A DNA stretch of 64,000 bases from an uncultured Chloroflexia bacterium (GCA_963819655.1 CAWFXA010000002.1:96001-160000), one strand, 5' to 3'; counted from the stretch's first letter, positions 19,631-28,573 are shown. Made by a program: numbers and translations. Notes: generated by a model from the sequence alone, not told the origin.

Positions 19631-21072
19631 GCGGCGAGGACGTCGCCATCGACGTCGTCGCCCATCGTCCACGTGTCGGCCGCGATCGGCATCGTCGCCG
19701 TCGGCGTGCTCTGGATCGGCGCCTCGCCGATCACGTCGCCGAGGGTCATCTTGTGGATCCAGCCCTGGCGACCGTCCGGGCAGAGGACGAGCCAATAGCT
19801 TCCACGCTTCTCGAGCAGCTGGACCTCGTCGCCCTGGTCGAGGAAGGCGAGCTCAGTCCCGCGCAGCTCGTCGGGCATGTCCAGCAGGCGCACGAGGTTG
19901 TAGCGGATGAGTCGACGCTCGCGCCCGTCGATCGGCCCCACCAGCCCGTGGTCGAAGGTCAGTCGTGGCGCCTCGGTCGCGTCGCGGATCGGGTCGGCCC
20001 TGCGGGCCTCGAGCAGCGACGGGCGGCGCCAGCGGGGCATCGCCATCTCAGTGTCGAGCGGGTGCGGGGCGTCCGCCACGGCGACGCCCGAGTGTGAACC
20101 GGGCGCCAGGCTCGCGGCGTAGGCGGCCGCGGCGGCGATCGCGAGAGGGCTGGAGGCGTTGTGATGGAGCACGTCGTCCGGCGCCGGCGGTTCGCCCTCG
20201 CGGCGGCGCTTGCCGAACACGCCGAACGCCAGCGTTGCGCCGACGATGCCGGACGTCGTGACGAGGGTCGCGACGAGACCGAGCGGCAGGGACGGGCGAC
20301 CACCCATCAGAAGGTCGACGCCGGCCTCGAAAGCAGCGAGTGGCCCGGTGTCCCCTCCCCCGCCGGGCGGCCCGATGGGGGCTCCCGGCTGGGTGCTGCC
20401 GCCGCCGGGCGGCGTGCTGGCCAGACCGGGCACGACCGCCACGGCGTCGTCGCTCGGCGCGGGGCTCGTCGATGGGCTGGTGGTCGGGCTTGGCGACGCT
20501 GAACTGGTCTCCGTCGGCGAGGCGGTCGGCGTCTCGGTCGGGGCGGTGGTGGGCGCAGCCGCGACCGGTGCCGCGGTCGGCTTGGGGGTCGCCTTGGGGG
20601 TCGGCTTCGGCGTCAGCTTCGGCGTCGGGCGCGGGGTCGGGCGGGGTGTCGAGCGCGGGGTCGGTTCGGGCGTCGGCGGCGCTTTGATCGTGACGGTCCC
20701 CGCGGAGATCGTGTCTGAGAACCGGTCGCGACTCATCGCCGCGATCGAGATGGCGTGCGAACCGACCGGCAATCGCCCTGCCCAGCGGAACGTGACGCCC
20801 CGCTTCCAGTTGGTGCCGCTCGTCTTGGCCATCGTGCGTGTCGAGCCGGCGACCGTGACGCGGACCCAATCGGCGGGCGATCCCTCGCGGTTCCGGTATC
20901 CGACGGTGATCGCAACAGTCGTCGTCGGGGTTCCGGAGCGCGGCGACGCGGACGGGTCGGAGAGGCGGGTCGGACCCGAGCCTGCCCATGCGGGGGCGAC
21001 GGCCGACAGCACGAGGAGGACGGCCACGATCGACGCACCGATCCGGGCCGGCCAGCGGCCTGGGTCGAGCAT
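19603..21072 (-). CDS. Membrane-anchored protein: signal peptide, beta-rich domain, Pro/Thr linker, TM, C-terminal SH3-like domain
   Basis: AWA cleavage motif, PTP(R/K) repeats, TM followed by KRRR, LDQGDEVQLL..WLV..GRQGWI SH3b-like pattern; start uncertain. Confidence 0.75.
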   Translation of the reverse strand: MLDPGRWPARIGASIVAVLLVLSAVAPAWAGSGPTRLSDPSASPRSGTPTTTVAITVGYRNREGSPADWVRVTVAGSTRTMAKTSGTNWKRGVTFRWAGRLPVGSHAISIAAMSRDRFSDTISAGTVTIKAPPTPEPTPRSTPRPTPRPTPKLTPKPTPKATPKPTAAPVAAAPTTAPTETPTASPTETSSASPSPTTSPSTSPAPSDDAVAVVPGLASTPPGGGSTQPGAPIGPPGGGGDTGPLAAFEAGVDLLMGGRPSLPLGLVATLVTTSGIVGATLAFGVFGKRRREGEPPAPDDVLHHNASSPLAIAAAAAYAASLAPGSHSGVAVADAPHPLDTEMAMPRWRRPSLLEARRADPIRDATEAPRLTFDHGLVGPIDGRERRLIRYNLVRLLDMPDELRGTELAFLDQGDEVQLLEKRGSYWLVLCPDGRQGWIHKMTLGDVIGEAPIQSTPTATMPIAADTWTMGDDVDGDVLAAYMESRRRG

Positions 21073-21323
21073 CGTGACTGGGGGTCTCGGGTGACGGTCG
21101 GGACGCTGCATCCTGAGGGCGAGGATGCGTTTCGCGCGAGAGGCGAGCAATGGTACGGGGGTCCGGTGCCGGCCCGCCGACCGGCGCGGTGCAGACGGGC
21201 ACCAGCCCACGGCCGGGCCTGTCGGGTGAGGTGTGGTCCGGTGCGGGCCGTGGTCCAACCGGCCGCAGCGGTTACCCCGGTTCGCCCATCGACGCTCGCG
21301 GGCGTGCTCCCGAGGATGGCCAC

Positions 21324-22076
21324 ATGGAGGTCATCCACCCGCCACAGGCAGCCCGGCGACCGTCGATGGCGCCGCTCCTCGGGGGCACCGTCATCGGGAC
21401 CGTGCTCATCGTCGCGGGCATCGTCCTCGCATATGTCGCCCTCGCGACGCCCCTGCTGCGGTCAGTGCTCCCGCAAGGGCGCCTCGACGCTGGTGAGATG
21501 GCGACCGGTGCCGCAGTCTGGGCGATCGCGCTCGTCGCGCCCGCAGGTTTCGTGCTCGTGGGCACGAACCGGCTCGTCCGGATCCTCGCATCGGTCCGCG
21601 GCCGGATCCCTCGGCGGTCGGCGACGATCCGCGCACTCGACGGGGTTGCCGACGACGTCATCGTCGCGACGGGCATCACGCTCCCCGACGGACGGGGCGT
21701 GTCGGAGCTCGTGATCGGGCCGTTCGGGGGCGCCGTCATCCGCGAGCTGCCGCCCACCGCGGTGACACGCATCCGCGAGGGGCACTGGGAGCTCCGCACG
21801 AGGCGCGGTTGGATCTCGATCGAGAATCCGCTCGACCGCGCCGCCCGGGACGCCGAACGCGTCCGACGCTGGCTCGGCCACGACGACGCCGACTTCGTCG
21901 TCAAGGTGTATGCCGCGGTCGTCGGACCCGAGCCGACCGTGCGACGGACGACGGACTGTGCGGTGCTCGACCAAGACCAACTCGTCGCATGGATCGAGGC
22001 GCTGCCGCCACAGCGAAGCCTGACCGAGGGCCGTCGCCAGCAGGTCGCAGAGACGGTTCGCGCCGCCGCCCGCTGA
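21324..22076 (+). CDS. Membrane protein with degenerate NERD-like domain
   Basis: Two N-terminal TMs, then LVIGPFG..VI and ENPLDRA..A pattern reminiscent of NERD. Confidence 0.65.
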   Translation: MEVIHPPQAARRPSMAPLLGGTVIGTVLIVAGIVLAYVALATPLLRSVLPQGRLDAGEMATGAAVWAIALVAPAGFVLVGTNRLVRILASVRGRIPRRSATIRALDGVADDVIVATGITLPDGRGVSELVIGPFGGAVIRELPPTAVTRIREGHWELRTRRGWISIENPLDRAARDAERVRRWLGHDDADFVVKVYAAVVGPEPTVRRTTDCAVLDQDQLVAWIEALPPQRSLTEGRRQQVAETVRAAAR

Positions 22077-22097
22077 CACAGCTGGCCGGACGATGTC

Positions 22098-22173
22098 TGG
22101 TAGGGGAGCCAGGACTCGAACCTGGAACCAGCGGGATATAAGCCCGCCGCTCTAACCGTTGAGCTACTCCCCC
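22098..22173 (-). tRNA. tRNA-Ile, anticodon UAU
   Basis: 76-nt cloverleaf GGGGGAG TA GCTC AACGGTTA GAGC G GCGGG CT-TAT-AT CCCGC TGGTT CCAGG TTCGAGT CCTGG CTCCCCT A CCA; A73, encoded CCA. Confidence 0.93.
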
Positions 22174-22222
22174 GCGGCGATGCTACACCCGGAGCGGGTG
22201 CGATCGGTCGAACGCGGCCGGG

Positions 22223-22525
22223 TCAGTCGCCGAGCAGCTTGCCGGCGATCGAGCGAAGGCTCAGGTGCCGCCCGGCCAGCCTGAGGGGCGCATCGTTGCG
22301 GCGGCCATCGGCCCGCCGACCGTCGAGAGCTCCACCACCGGGCGCCCAGGCCCGAGCCGGCAGTGCCGCGGCGAAGGCCCTGTCCGCTTCGGTCTGGAAT
22401 GCCTCGATCGGGAGATCATCCGGATCGAACGGCCGCTCCACCGTCGCCGCCACACCCGGCGGGCGGGCGTAGGCCGGTGCTCCGTAGAGCTTCGGGAGCG
22501 CGACATGCTGCTCGTCGATGGACAC
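22223..22525 (-). CDS. Hypothetical protein
   Basis: GTG start after GAGG; VSIDEQHVALPKLYGAPAYARP..PFDPDDLPIE; coding-like codon usage. Confidence 0.6.
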   Translation of the reverse strand: MSIDEQHVALPKLYGAPAYARPPGVAATVERPFDPDDLPIEAFQTEADRAFAAALPARAWAPGGGALDGRRADGRRNDAPLRLAGRHLSLRSIAGKLLGD

Positions 22526-22681
22526 GCGGAACCTCGAAGGATGATTGCGGTGGTCTCCCTGGATCGCCCGGAAGACACGCCGGATGATGATGCCCAGCGC
22601 AGGGTAGCGGGAATGGTACGGATGGGCTAGACGATCTGGATCGTCGGGTCGGCTTTCGTGTTGCACTTGCGCGACAAGGGC

Positions 22682-23077
22682 TCAGGCGAGCATCGGCCGG
22701 ATGAGCTGGAGCGTCACGATCATCACCAGCCAGGCGATCGGCACCGCGGCGAAGAACCCAAGCGCGGCACTCCAGACGCTCCGTCTTCGGACCGTGCCGG
22801 AGCCCGTCGGCTGGGGCACGACGAGGTAGGTGACGACGGTGCCGACCGCCAGCACGACGGCCGCATAGACGACCAATGCGAGGGGGCGCAGGTCGCCGCC
22901 GGGGACGTCGGCGCCGCGCACGAGCGCCAGATCGTAGGCCAGGTACGCGACGGCCAGCACGATGGCGATGACCAGGCTGGACAGCACCGCCCGCACGACC
23001 GGTCGGGGAGCGTTGCGGAACTGGCGCCAGCGGACCTCCGCCCAGGACCGTCGCCGGACAGGTGCCCCGTCAGCCAC
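22682..23077 (-). CDS. Hypothetical 3-TM membrane protein
   Basis: Three hydrophobic segments; start overlaps the stop of the upstream aminotransferase. Confidence 0.75.
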   Translation of the reverse strand: MADGAPVRRRSWAEVRWRQFRNAPRPVVRAVLSSLVIAIVLAVAYLAYDLALVRGADVPGGDLRPLALVVYAAVVLAVGTVVTYLVVPQPTGSGTVRRRSVWSAALGFFAAVPIAWLVMIVTLQLIRPMLA

Positions 23078-24305
23078 TGAGGATCGTGAGCGTCCGGCGA
23101 GGCGGCATCGTCTCGGGCGTGTGGCCCGAGAGCAGCTCGACGGTGCCGGCAAACCGCTCGAGCTCGTCATCCGACGTGAAGAACCCGACGCTGATCCGGA
23201 GTGCGTCGATGAGCGGCACCGTCCGGGCGACCGCGAACACCCGGGCACTCAGCTCGTCGAGTGCGAGCTGCGCGGGCCAGCCGGCGATCCGGAACGCGAC
23301 AAGATTCGCCATCCGGTCGATCGGCGTGACCACCTCGACGCCGTCGATCGCCGCCAGCCGATGGGCGGCCGTCTGGGCGGTCGCCGCACCCCGCCCGTAG
23401 ACCCAGTCGAGGCCCAGGAACATGCTCATCCAGCCGATGGAGCGGGCCATGCCGACGATCGACGGGCGGTGATAGTTCGACGCCTCGAACCGGCGAGCGT
23501 CCGGCCACCGAACTGCCGTCCCATTCGAGTCGACGGTCTCGAACGTGAAATGACCGCCGTAGGCCGGGGTGAGGCGATCGCGGACCACCGGCGCCAGCGC
23601 GACCGCACCCATGCCCTCGGGCCCGAGCAGCCACTTCTGCGCAGGAACCGCGTAGACATCTGCGCCGGTCGCCGCAAGATCCACGGGCATGGCACCCGCG
23701 CTCTGCGCGCCGTCGACGACGAGGATCGCCCCGCGCGCGTGGGCCATCTCGGCGATCCGTGCGACCGGCAGGACCGTGCCCGAGGCCCATAGCACGTGTG
23801 AGATCGCGACGACCCGTGTCCGTTCGTCGATCGCGCGGTCGAAGTCGGCGAGGACGTCATCAGGATCGCGCGACGGCCCGACGTCGACGAAAACGATCTC
23901 GATGCCGAGCCGGTCGCGCAGGTTGTATAGGGCGCCGATCCCGCCCGGGTGCTCGAGGCTGGTCGTCACGGCCCTGTCGCCCGGCCGCCAGTCGATCGAC
24001 CAGATCCCGATGTTCATGCCGTCGGTGGTGGAATGCGTCAGCGCGATGTCGCTCACGTCGGCGGTGAGCACGGCGGCGACGGCGGCACGCGCCTCGGCCA
24101 TGCGCTGGAGCATCTCTTCGTAGTACGCGAAGTGCGCCCGGCCGGTTCGGAGCTCGTAGTCGGCCAGCTCGGCCATGACGGCCGCCGTCTCGGCCGGAAA
24201 CGGCCCCACCGAGCCCGTGTTCAGGTAGATGCCGGCCTCGAGCGCGGGGAGCGCCGCCCGGACGGCCGCGAGTCGCCCGTCGTCAGGGGGTTGGAGGGCG
24301 GCCAC
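23070..24305 (-). CDS. Class V PLP enzyme, cysteine/cystine C-S lyase-like (C-DES/CefD group)
   Basis: IYLNTG, EHP, VDGAQSAG, QKWLLGPEG (PLP Lys), RFE, LRIS; no SufS/IscS Cys loop. Confidence 0.88.
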   Translation of the reverse strand: MAALQPPDDGRLAAVRAALPALEAGIYLNTGSVGPFPAETAAVMAELADYELRTGRAHFAYYEEMLQRMAEARAAVAAVLTADVSDIALTHSTTDGMNIGIWSIDWRPGDRAVTTSLEHPGGIGALYNLRDRLGIEIVFVDVGPSRDPDDVLADFDRAIDERTRVVAISHVLWASGTVLPVARIAEMAHARGAILVVDGAQSAGAMPVDLAATGADVYAVPAQKWLLGPEGMGAVALAPVVRDRLTPAYGGHFTFETVDSNGTAVRWPDARRFEASNYHRPSIVGMARSIGWMSMFLGLDWVYGRGAATAQTAAHRLAAIDGVEVVTPIDRMANLVAFRIAGWPAQLALDELSARVFAVARTVPLIDALRISVGFFTSDDELERFAGTVELLSGHTPETMPPRRTLTILSG

Positions 24306-24324
24306 GGCCCGTATCATACCGACG
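24306..24324. promoter_or_regulatory. Symmetric bidirectional leaderless promoter
   Basis: TATCAT (+, 24312-24317) 7 nt before ATG 24325 and TATGAT (-, 24318-24313) 7 nt before GTG 24305. Confidence 0.7.
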
Positions 24325-25176
24325 ATGTCCGGCCTGGCCCGACCCGAGATCCTCGCCACGACCGAATGGCTCGCCGAGCACCTGGGCCGCTCGGGCGTGC
24401 GCATCCTGGACGCCCGCTGGCGCCCGGACGGGACAGGTGCCAACGTCCATCGCGCGGGCCACATCCCGGGAGCGGTGTCGGTCGACTGGCGCGCCGACCT
24501 CGTCGACATGGATCAGGCCGGCGATGCCATCCGCGTCGCGTCGCCCGGCCGGGTCGCGGCGACAGCAGGCAGAGCGGGCATCGGCGACGAGACGACGATC
24601 GTCATCTACGACGACACCCAGGGGCTGTACGCGGCGCGAATCTGGTGGACGTTCCGGACCTATGGCGCGGAGCATGTCCGGATCCTCGACGGCGGGTTCC
24701 CGGCGTGGAAGGCGGAGGATCGCCCGATCGAGCGCGGGAGCAGCGAGACCCCGCCGGAGCCGCTGACCCCGTTCACCCCACGCGGCCCGAACCGGCTCCA
24801 CCTGACGACGTCCGACGTCCGCGGCCTGCTCGGTGCCCCGGGGGTCACGTTGCTCGACGCGCGGGCGCCAGCCGAGTATCGCGGCTTCGAGGGCAACACC
24901 CGCCGGCTCGGTCACATCCCGGGGGCCATCAACGTCCCGGTCGGGTCGATGCACGCGGCCGGCAGCCAGCGCCTCCGCGATGGCGGCGACCTGCGCAATC
25001 GACTCCACGCCGCGAACGTCAGCCGCGGGAGCCGGATGGTGGCGTACGACGGGTCGGGCGTCGCGGCCGCGAAGCTCGCGTTCGTGCTGAGCCTGCTCGG
25101 CCACGACGATGTCGCGGTGTACGACGGCGGCTGGGCCGAGTGGGGCAACCGGCTCGACCTTCCGGTCGACCGCTAG
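24325..25176 (+). CDS. Two-domain rhodanese/sulfurtransferase homolog lacking the catalytic Cys
   Basis: GHIPGA twice, AARIWW, LDGG, YDGGWAEW; active loop reads YDGSGV. Confidence 0.9.
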   Translation: MSGLARPEILATTEWLAEHLGRSGVRILDARWRPDGTGANVHRAGHIPGAVSVDWRADLVDMDQAGDAIRVASPGRVAATAGRAGIGDETTIVIYDDTQGLYAARIWWTFRTYGAEHVRILDGGFPAWKAEDRPIERGSSETPPEPLTPFTPRGPNRLHLTTSDVRGLLGAPGVTLLDARAPAEYRGFEGNTRRLGHIPGAINVPVGSMHAAGSQRLRDGGDLRNRLHAANVSRGSRMVAYDGSGVAAAKLAFVLSLLGHDDVAVYDGGWAEWGNRLDLPVDR

Positions 25177-25198
25177 GGCCGGAGGTCCGCGGCGGGAC

Positions 25199-25783
25199 CT
25201 ACCAGCCGGTCGGTTCCGGCGGCGGCGGCTCCGGTCGGGGCGTGACCTTGTCCAGCCCCGCCCACGGATCCGTCACGCGGTGCGGTGCCAGGATCTGGGC
25301 CCGTTCGTGATTGACCGCGAGAAGCTCAGCGGTCGTGCGTGCCTCGCCTAGGACGTCCGACCAATAGGTCGCGCCGGTCACGGGCAGGAAATGCCCGGTC
25401 AGCTCGGACAGGGCGTCGCGCAGGCTGCGCTCCGGCATCAGGTGGATGAACCCGGTCACCTTGAACGGCGGCACGGAGATCAACGCCTCTTCCGGGATCT
25501 TCGGCGTGCGCAGCTCCGGCGCGGGATCCACCGGCTCATTGACGACCGCGAAGAGGACCGAGGCCAGGTTGACCTGGGCGAACTCGGCCCGGATCGATTC
25601 GCCGCGCGTGCCGAACTCGTCGGTCGTCACCTCGGACAGGACCAGGAACCGATCCTCGGCCATGTTGAGCATGTCGGTCACGCGCCGCTGGCGGGTATTC
25701 AGCGAGCCGTGGATCACGAACGAATCCGTGTACAGGGTCAGCCGGATCTGCTGGGCAGGCATCCCACCGAGCGCGTCGAACAT
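25199..25783 (-). CDS. Hypothetical protein with apparent internal domain duplication
   Basis: Two similar halves (I.G.L..R..D.L..FL.L / V.G.I..L.D.L..FLPV); ATG 6 nt after TATCCT. Confidence 0.75.
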   Translation of the reverse strand: MFDALGGMPAQQIRLTLYTDSFVIHGSLNTRQRRVTDMLNMAEDRFLVLSEVTTDEFGTRGESIRAEFAQVNLASVLFAVVNEPVDPAPELRTPKIPEEALISVPPFKVTGFIHLMPERSLRDALSELTGHFLPVTGATYWSDVLGEARTTAELLAVNHERAQILAPHRVTDPWAGLDKVTPRPEPPPPEPTGW

Positions 25784-25820
25784 CGGTCAAGGATACGCGG
25801 CGGCCGTCGTCACGGCGCGG

Positions 25821-27548
25821 TCAGACGGGCCCCGGCGGAACCGTCCGTGCACCCGCCGTCACGAGCAGCTCCGACCCGTGCTGGAGGCCCTCGTACAGCG
25901 CCGTGACGGTCGCCACCGTGTCGATCTCGTCGACGGTCTTGTCGGGTCTGAGCGCGTGGATCCTCGGGAAGCGAAGACTGAAACCGGATCCGTGTCGCTT
26001 GCTCCGGACGATCACGTCGAAGGCGATCTCGACCACCACGGTCGGCTCGACCTGACGGTAGCGGCCGAACCGGGCGATCGTGTGCGCCTCGAACCATTCG
26101 GTCATCTCGGCGATCTCGGCGTCGGTCAGCCCGCTGTAGGCCTTGCCGATGTTGACGAGCTTGCCGGTCTCCTCGTCGCGGACCGCGAAGGTGTAGTCGG
26201 ACAGCACGCCGTGGCGTTTCCCGTGACCGACCTCGACGCCGACGACCACGCAGTCGATCGTCGCGAGCGCCTTCTTCATCTTCAGCCAGCCCAGCCCGCG
26301 CCGGCCCGGCGAGTAGCCACTCGTGGGGTCCTTGACCATGAGGCCCTCGTTGCGCCGGCCGCGCGCGTCGGCGAATGCGACTTCGAGGGCGTCCGCATCG
26401 CGCGCCACGCCGAGGTGCGACCGCGTGAAGTGCCCGCCGTCCTCGACCAGTGGCAGGTCGATCCGGTCGAGCCGCTCGCGGCGCGTGCGGAGCGGCTCGC
26501 GCAGCAGCGGGTCGACGGTGGCGTCGCCGTCTGAGTCGTCACCGGGCCCGACTGCGAGCAGGTCGAAGGCCACATACACGACCGGGATGTCGGTCCTGAT
26601 CTGGTCGGACGGCGTCTTGCGGCCAAGGCGTGCCTGAAGGCTGATGAACGGCAGCACGAAGCCATCCTTGTAGGCGAGGATCTCGCCGTCGATGACGCCG
26701 GTCCAGCGCAGCGGCCGCGCGGCTTCGACGATCTCGGGGAACTGGTTGCTCACGTCGTGGAGGTCCCGTGAGTAGAGGCGGACGTCCGAACCGCGCTTGT
26801 GCAGCTGGGCGCGGATCCCGTCGTACTTGTCCTCGACCCAGACCTCGGGTCCGAGGCGGCCGATGATCTCGTCGGCGTCCTCCGCTGGTGACGCGAGCAT
26901 GAACTTGAGCGGGTGGAACAGCGCGAGCTCCGCGTCACCGAGCTTGTCGTCGCGCGCGAGGGCTGCCAGCCGGCCCATGTCGCCGGTCAGCATGCCGGCC
27001 CATTTGACGTCCTCGATCGGTCGGCCGAAGGCTTTGGCGATCGCGGCCTCGACCAGGCCGTCGCGCAGCCCGATGCGCAACTCGCCGCCGAGCACTTTCA
27101 CGATGGCCTTCGCCGTCCGCGGGTCGGCGCGCACGAGGAGCGCGTGCAGCAGCTCTGCCTTGGCGGCCGACCCAGAGGCAGTCTCGATCGCCGCGAACGC
27201 GGCGGCCACGTCGGGGAGCGTCGGGCTCACCTCGGGAGGCGGGGCGTGGCCGGCTCGTGTCAGGACGTCCGCGACCGACAGGCTCAGGTCCGAGTGGCGG
27301 TCGTACGCCTCCGCGAGGTCCTCGCGGGTGGCGCCGGTGAGCGTGCCGACTGCCGCCACGATCGACGACCACCCGAGGCCGGTGGTCCGCTGGTCGGTTT
27401 CAGGGAAGGGCCGCCCGGTCAGGAAGACGGCCGCGATCGGCAGCTCCTCGGGGCTCAGGCTGCGCAGGTAGTCGGCCAGCAGGGCGGTCTTCTCGGATGT
27501 CCGGGTCGTGGCCGCCACGCGCTCGGCCAGCTCGCTCCAGCGGCGCAT
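25821..27548 (-). CDS. ATP-dependent DNA ligase (LigB-like)
   Basis: EDKYDGIRAQ motif I, DGEI, AFDLL, EGLMVK, WLKMK, LRFPR. Confidence 0.95.
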   Translation of the reverse strand: MRRWSELAERVAATTRTSEKTALLADYLRSLSPEELPIAAVFLTGRPFPETDQRTTGLGWSSIVAAVGTLTGATREDLAEAYDRHSDLSLSVADVLTRAGHAPPPEVSPTLPDVAAAFAAIETASGSAAKAELLHALLVRADPRTAKAIVKVLGGELRIGLRDGLVEAAIAKAFGRPIEDVKWAGMLTGDMGRLAALARDDKLGDAELALFHPLKFMLASPAEDADEIIGRLGPEVWVEDKYDGIRAQLHKRGSDVRLYSRDLHDVSNQFPEIVEAARPLRWTGVIDGEILAYKDGFVLPFISLQARLGRKTPSDQIRTDIPVVYVAFDLLAVGPGDDSDGDATVDPLLREPLRTRRERLDRIDLPLVEDGGHFTRSHLGVARDADALEVAFADARGRRNEGLMVKDPTSGYSPGRRGLGWLKMKKALATIDCVVVGVEVGHGKRHGVLSDYTFAVRDEETGKLVNIGKAYSGLTDAEIAEMTEWFEAHTIARFGRYRQVEPTVVVEIAFDVIVRSKRHGSGFSLRFPRIHALRPDKTVDEIDTVATVTALYEGLQHGSELLVTAGARTVPPGPV

Positions 27549-27574
27549 GGCGGGGATGGTATACGGTTCCGCCG

Positions 27575-28276
27575 ATGGCGCCGCGAACATGGTTTCCGGA
27601 GGTCCTGACGGGGTCGCTCGTTGTGCTGCGCCGTCACGCGCCGGAGAACCTCGAGGCCTTCCGGCGGTGGTACTCGGATCCGGAGATCGCCCGGCTGGCT
27701 CGCTACCAGGAAGCGCCGATGCGCGCCGAGGAGATCGAGCGGTTCTTCACGGCACGGGTCGTCGGTTCGGACGCGCTCGCGATGGCCATCCACGTCCGCG
27801 GCTCGGATCGCCTCGTCGGCACGTGCGCGTTCAGCCAGCTCGACGGGGATAACGGCTCCGCCCTCTATCACATCACGATCGGCGAGAAGGACGCCTGGGG
27901 CCGCGGCTACGGGACAGAGGCGACGCGCCTGATGCTCGAGCATGCGTTCGGTCCGCTGGGCCTGCATCGCATCGCGCTCTTCGTGTTCGAGTTCAACGAG
28001 CGGGCCATCCGGACGTACAAGCGGAGCGGTTTCGTCATCGAGGGGCGGGCGCGCGAGTCGATCTTCCGGGACGGTCGCTGGTGGGACGAGCTCGCGATGA
28101 GCGTGCTCGAGTCGGACTGGCGGCGGCTCCGTGCGGCCGAGATCGAGGATGACGCGGAGCGCGACGGCCTCCGCGAAGAAGCCGAAGCAGTCGGTGCGGA
28201 GACGGTGGGCTCGATGCCACAGCCGCCCCATCGGACGAGCGAGCTCATCCGGAGGACGGTCAGGAGGTTCTCGTGA
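27575..28276 (+). CDS. GNAT acetyltransferase, RimJ/RimL family
   Basis: WGRGYGTEA, LHRIAL.V..N.RA..Y..GF..EG. Confidence 0.92.
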   Translation: MAPRTWFPEVLTGSLVVLRRHAPENLEAFRRWYSDPEIARLARYQEAPMRAEEIERFFTARVVGSDALAMAIHVRGSDRLVGTCAFSQLDGDNGSALYHITIGEKDAWGRGYGTEATRLMLEHAFGPLGLHRIALFVFEFNERAIRTYKRSGFVIEGRARESIFRDGRWWDELAMSVLESDWRRLRAAEIEDDAERDGLREEAEAVGAETVGSMPQPPHRTSELIRRTVRRFS

Positions 28277-28551
28277 CGAGTGTCGGCCCGCGAGCCGACT
28301 CGGCCCGTGGGGACGTGCGTGACCTGATCGTCGCGAAGGGCCACACGGTGGACAACGCCCGGGCCATCGTCGTGCGGCTCGAGAAGGCCTTCGACGACGG
28401 CTCGCTGGTCCTGACGTCCGAGCTCGAGCGATACCTGACTGACCTGAAGCTCGCGCTCGACCAGGACGAGGGCGAGAAGCTCGGCGGCAAGAGCGCCGAG
28501 GCGGCCAGGTTCATCCTCCGGGCCCTCGATCGGGAGCTGGATAACGCGTAG
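28273..28551 (+). CDS. Hypothetical small helical protein
   Basis: AGGAGG RBS, GTGA overlap with the GNAT stop, coding-like codon usage. Confidence 0.75.
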   Translation: MTSVGPRADSARGDVRDLIVAKGHTVDNARAIVVRLEKAFDDGSLVLTSELERYLTDLKLALDQDEGEKLGGKSAEAARFILRALDRELDNA

Positions 28552-28573
28552 GGCCACAGCGACCGGGCGGGCA

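Noticed and set aside
20560-20680. Periodic 12-bp repeats
   Set aside because: Encode the PTP(K/R) linker; not CRISPR or an independent repeat
22077-22222. Genomic island integrated at the tRNA
   Set aside because: No integrase, no duplicated tRNA 3' end noticed and no evident GC shift
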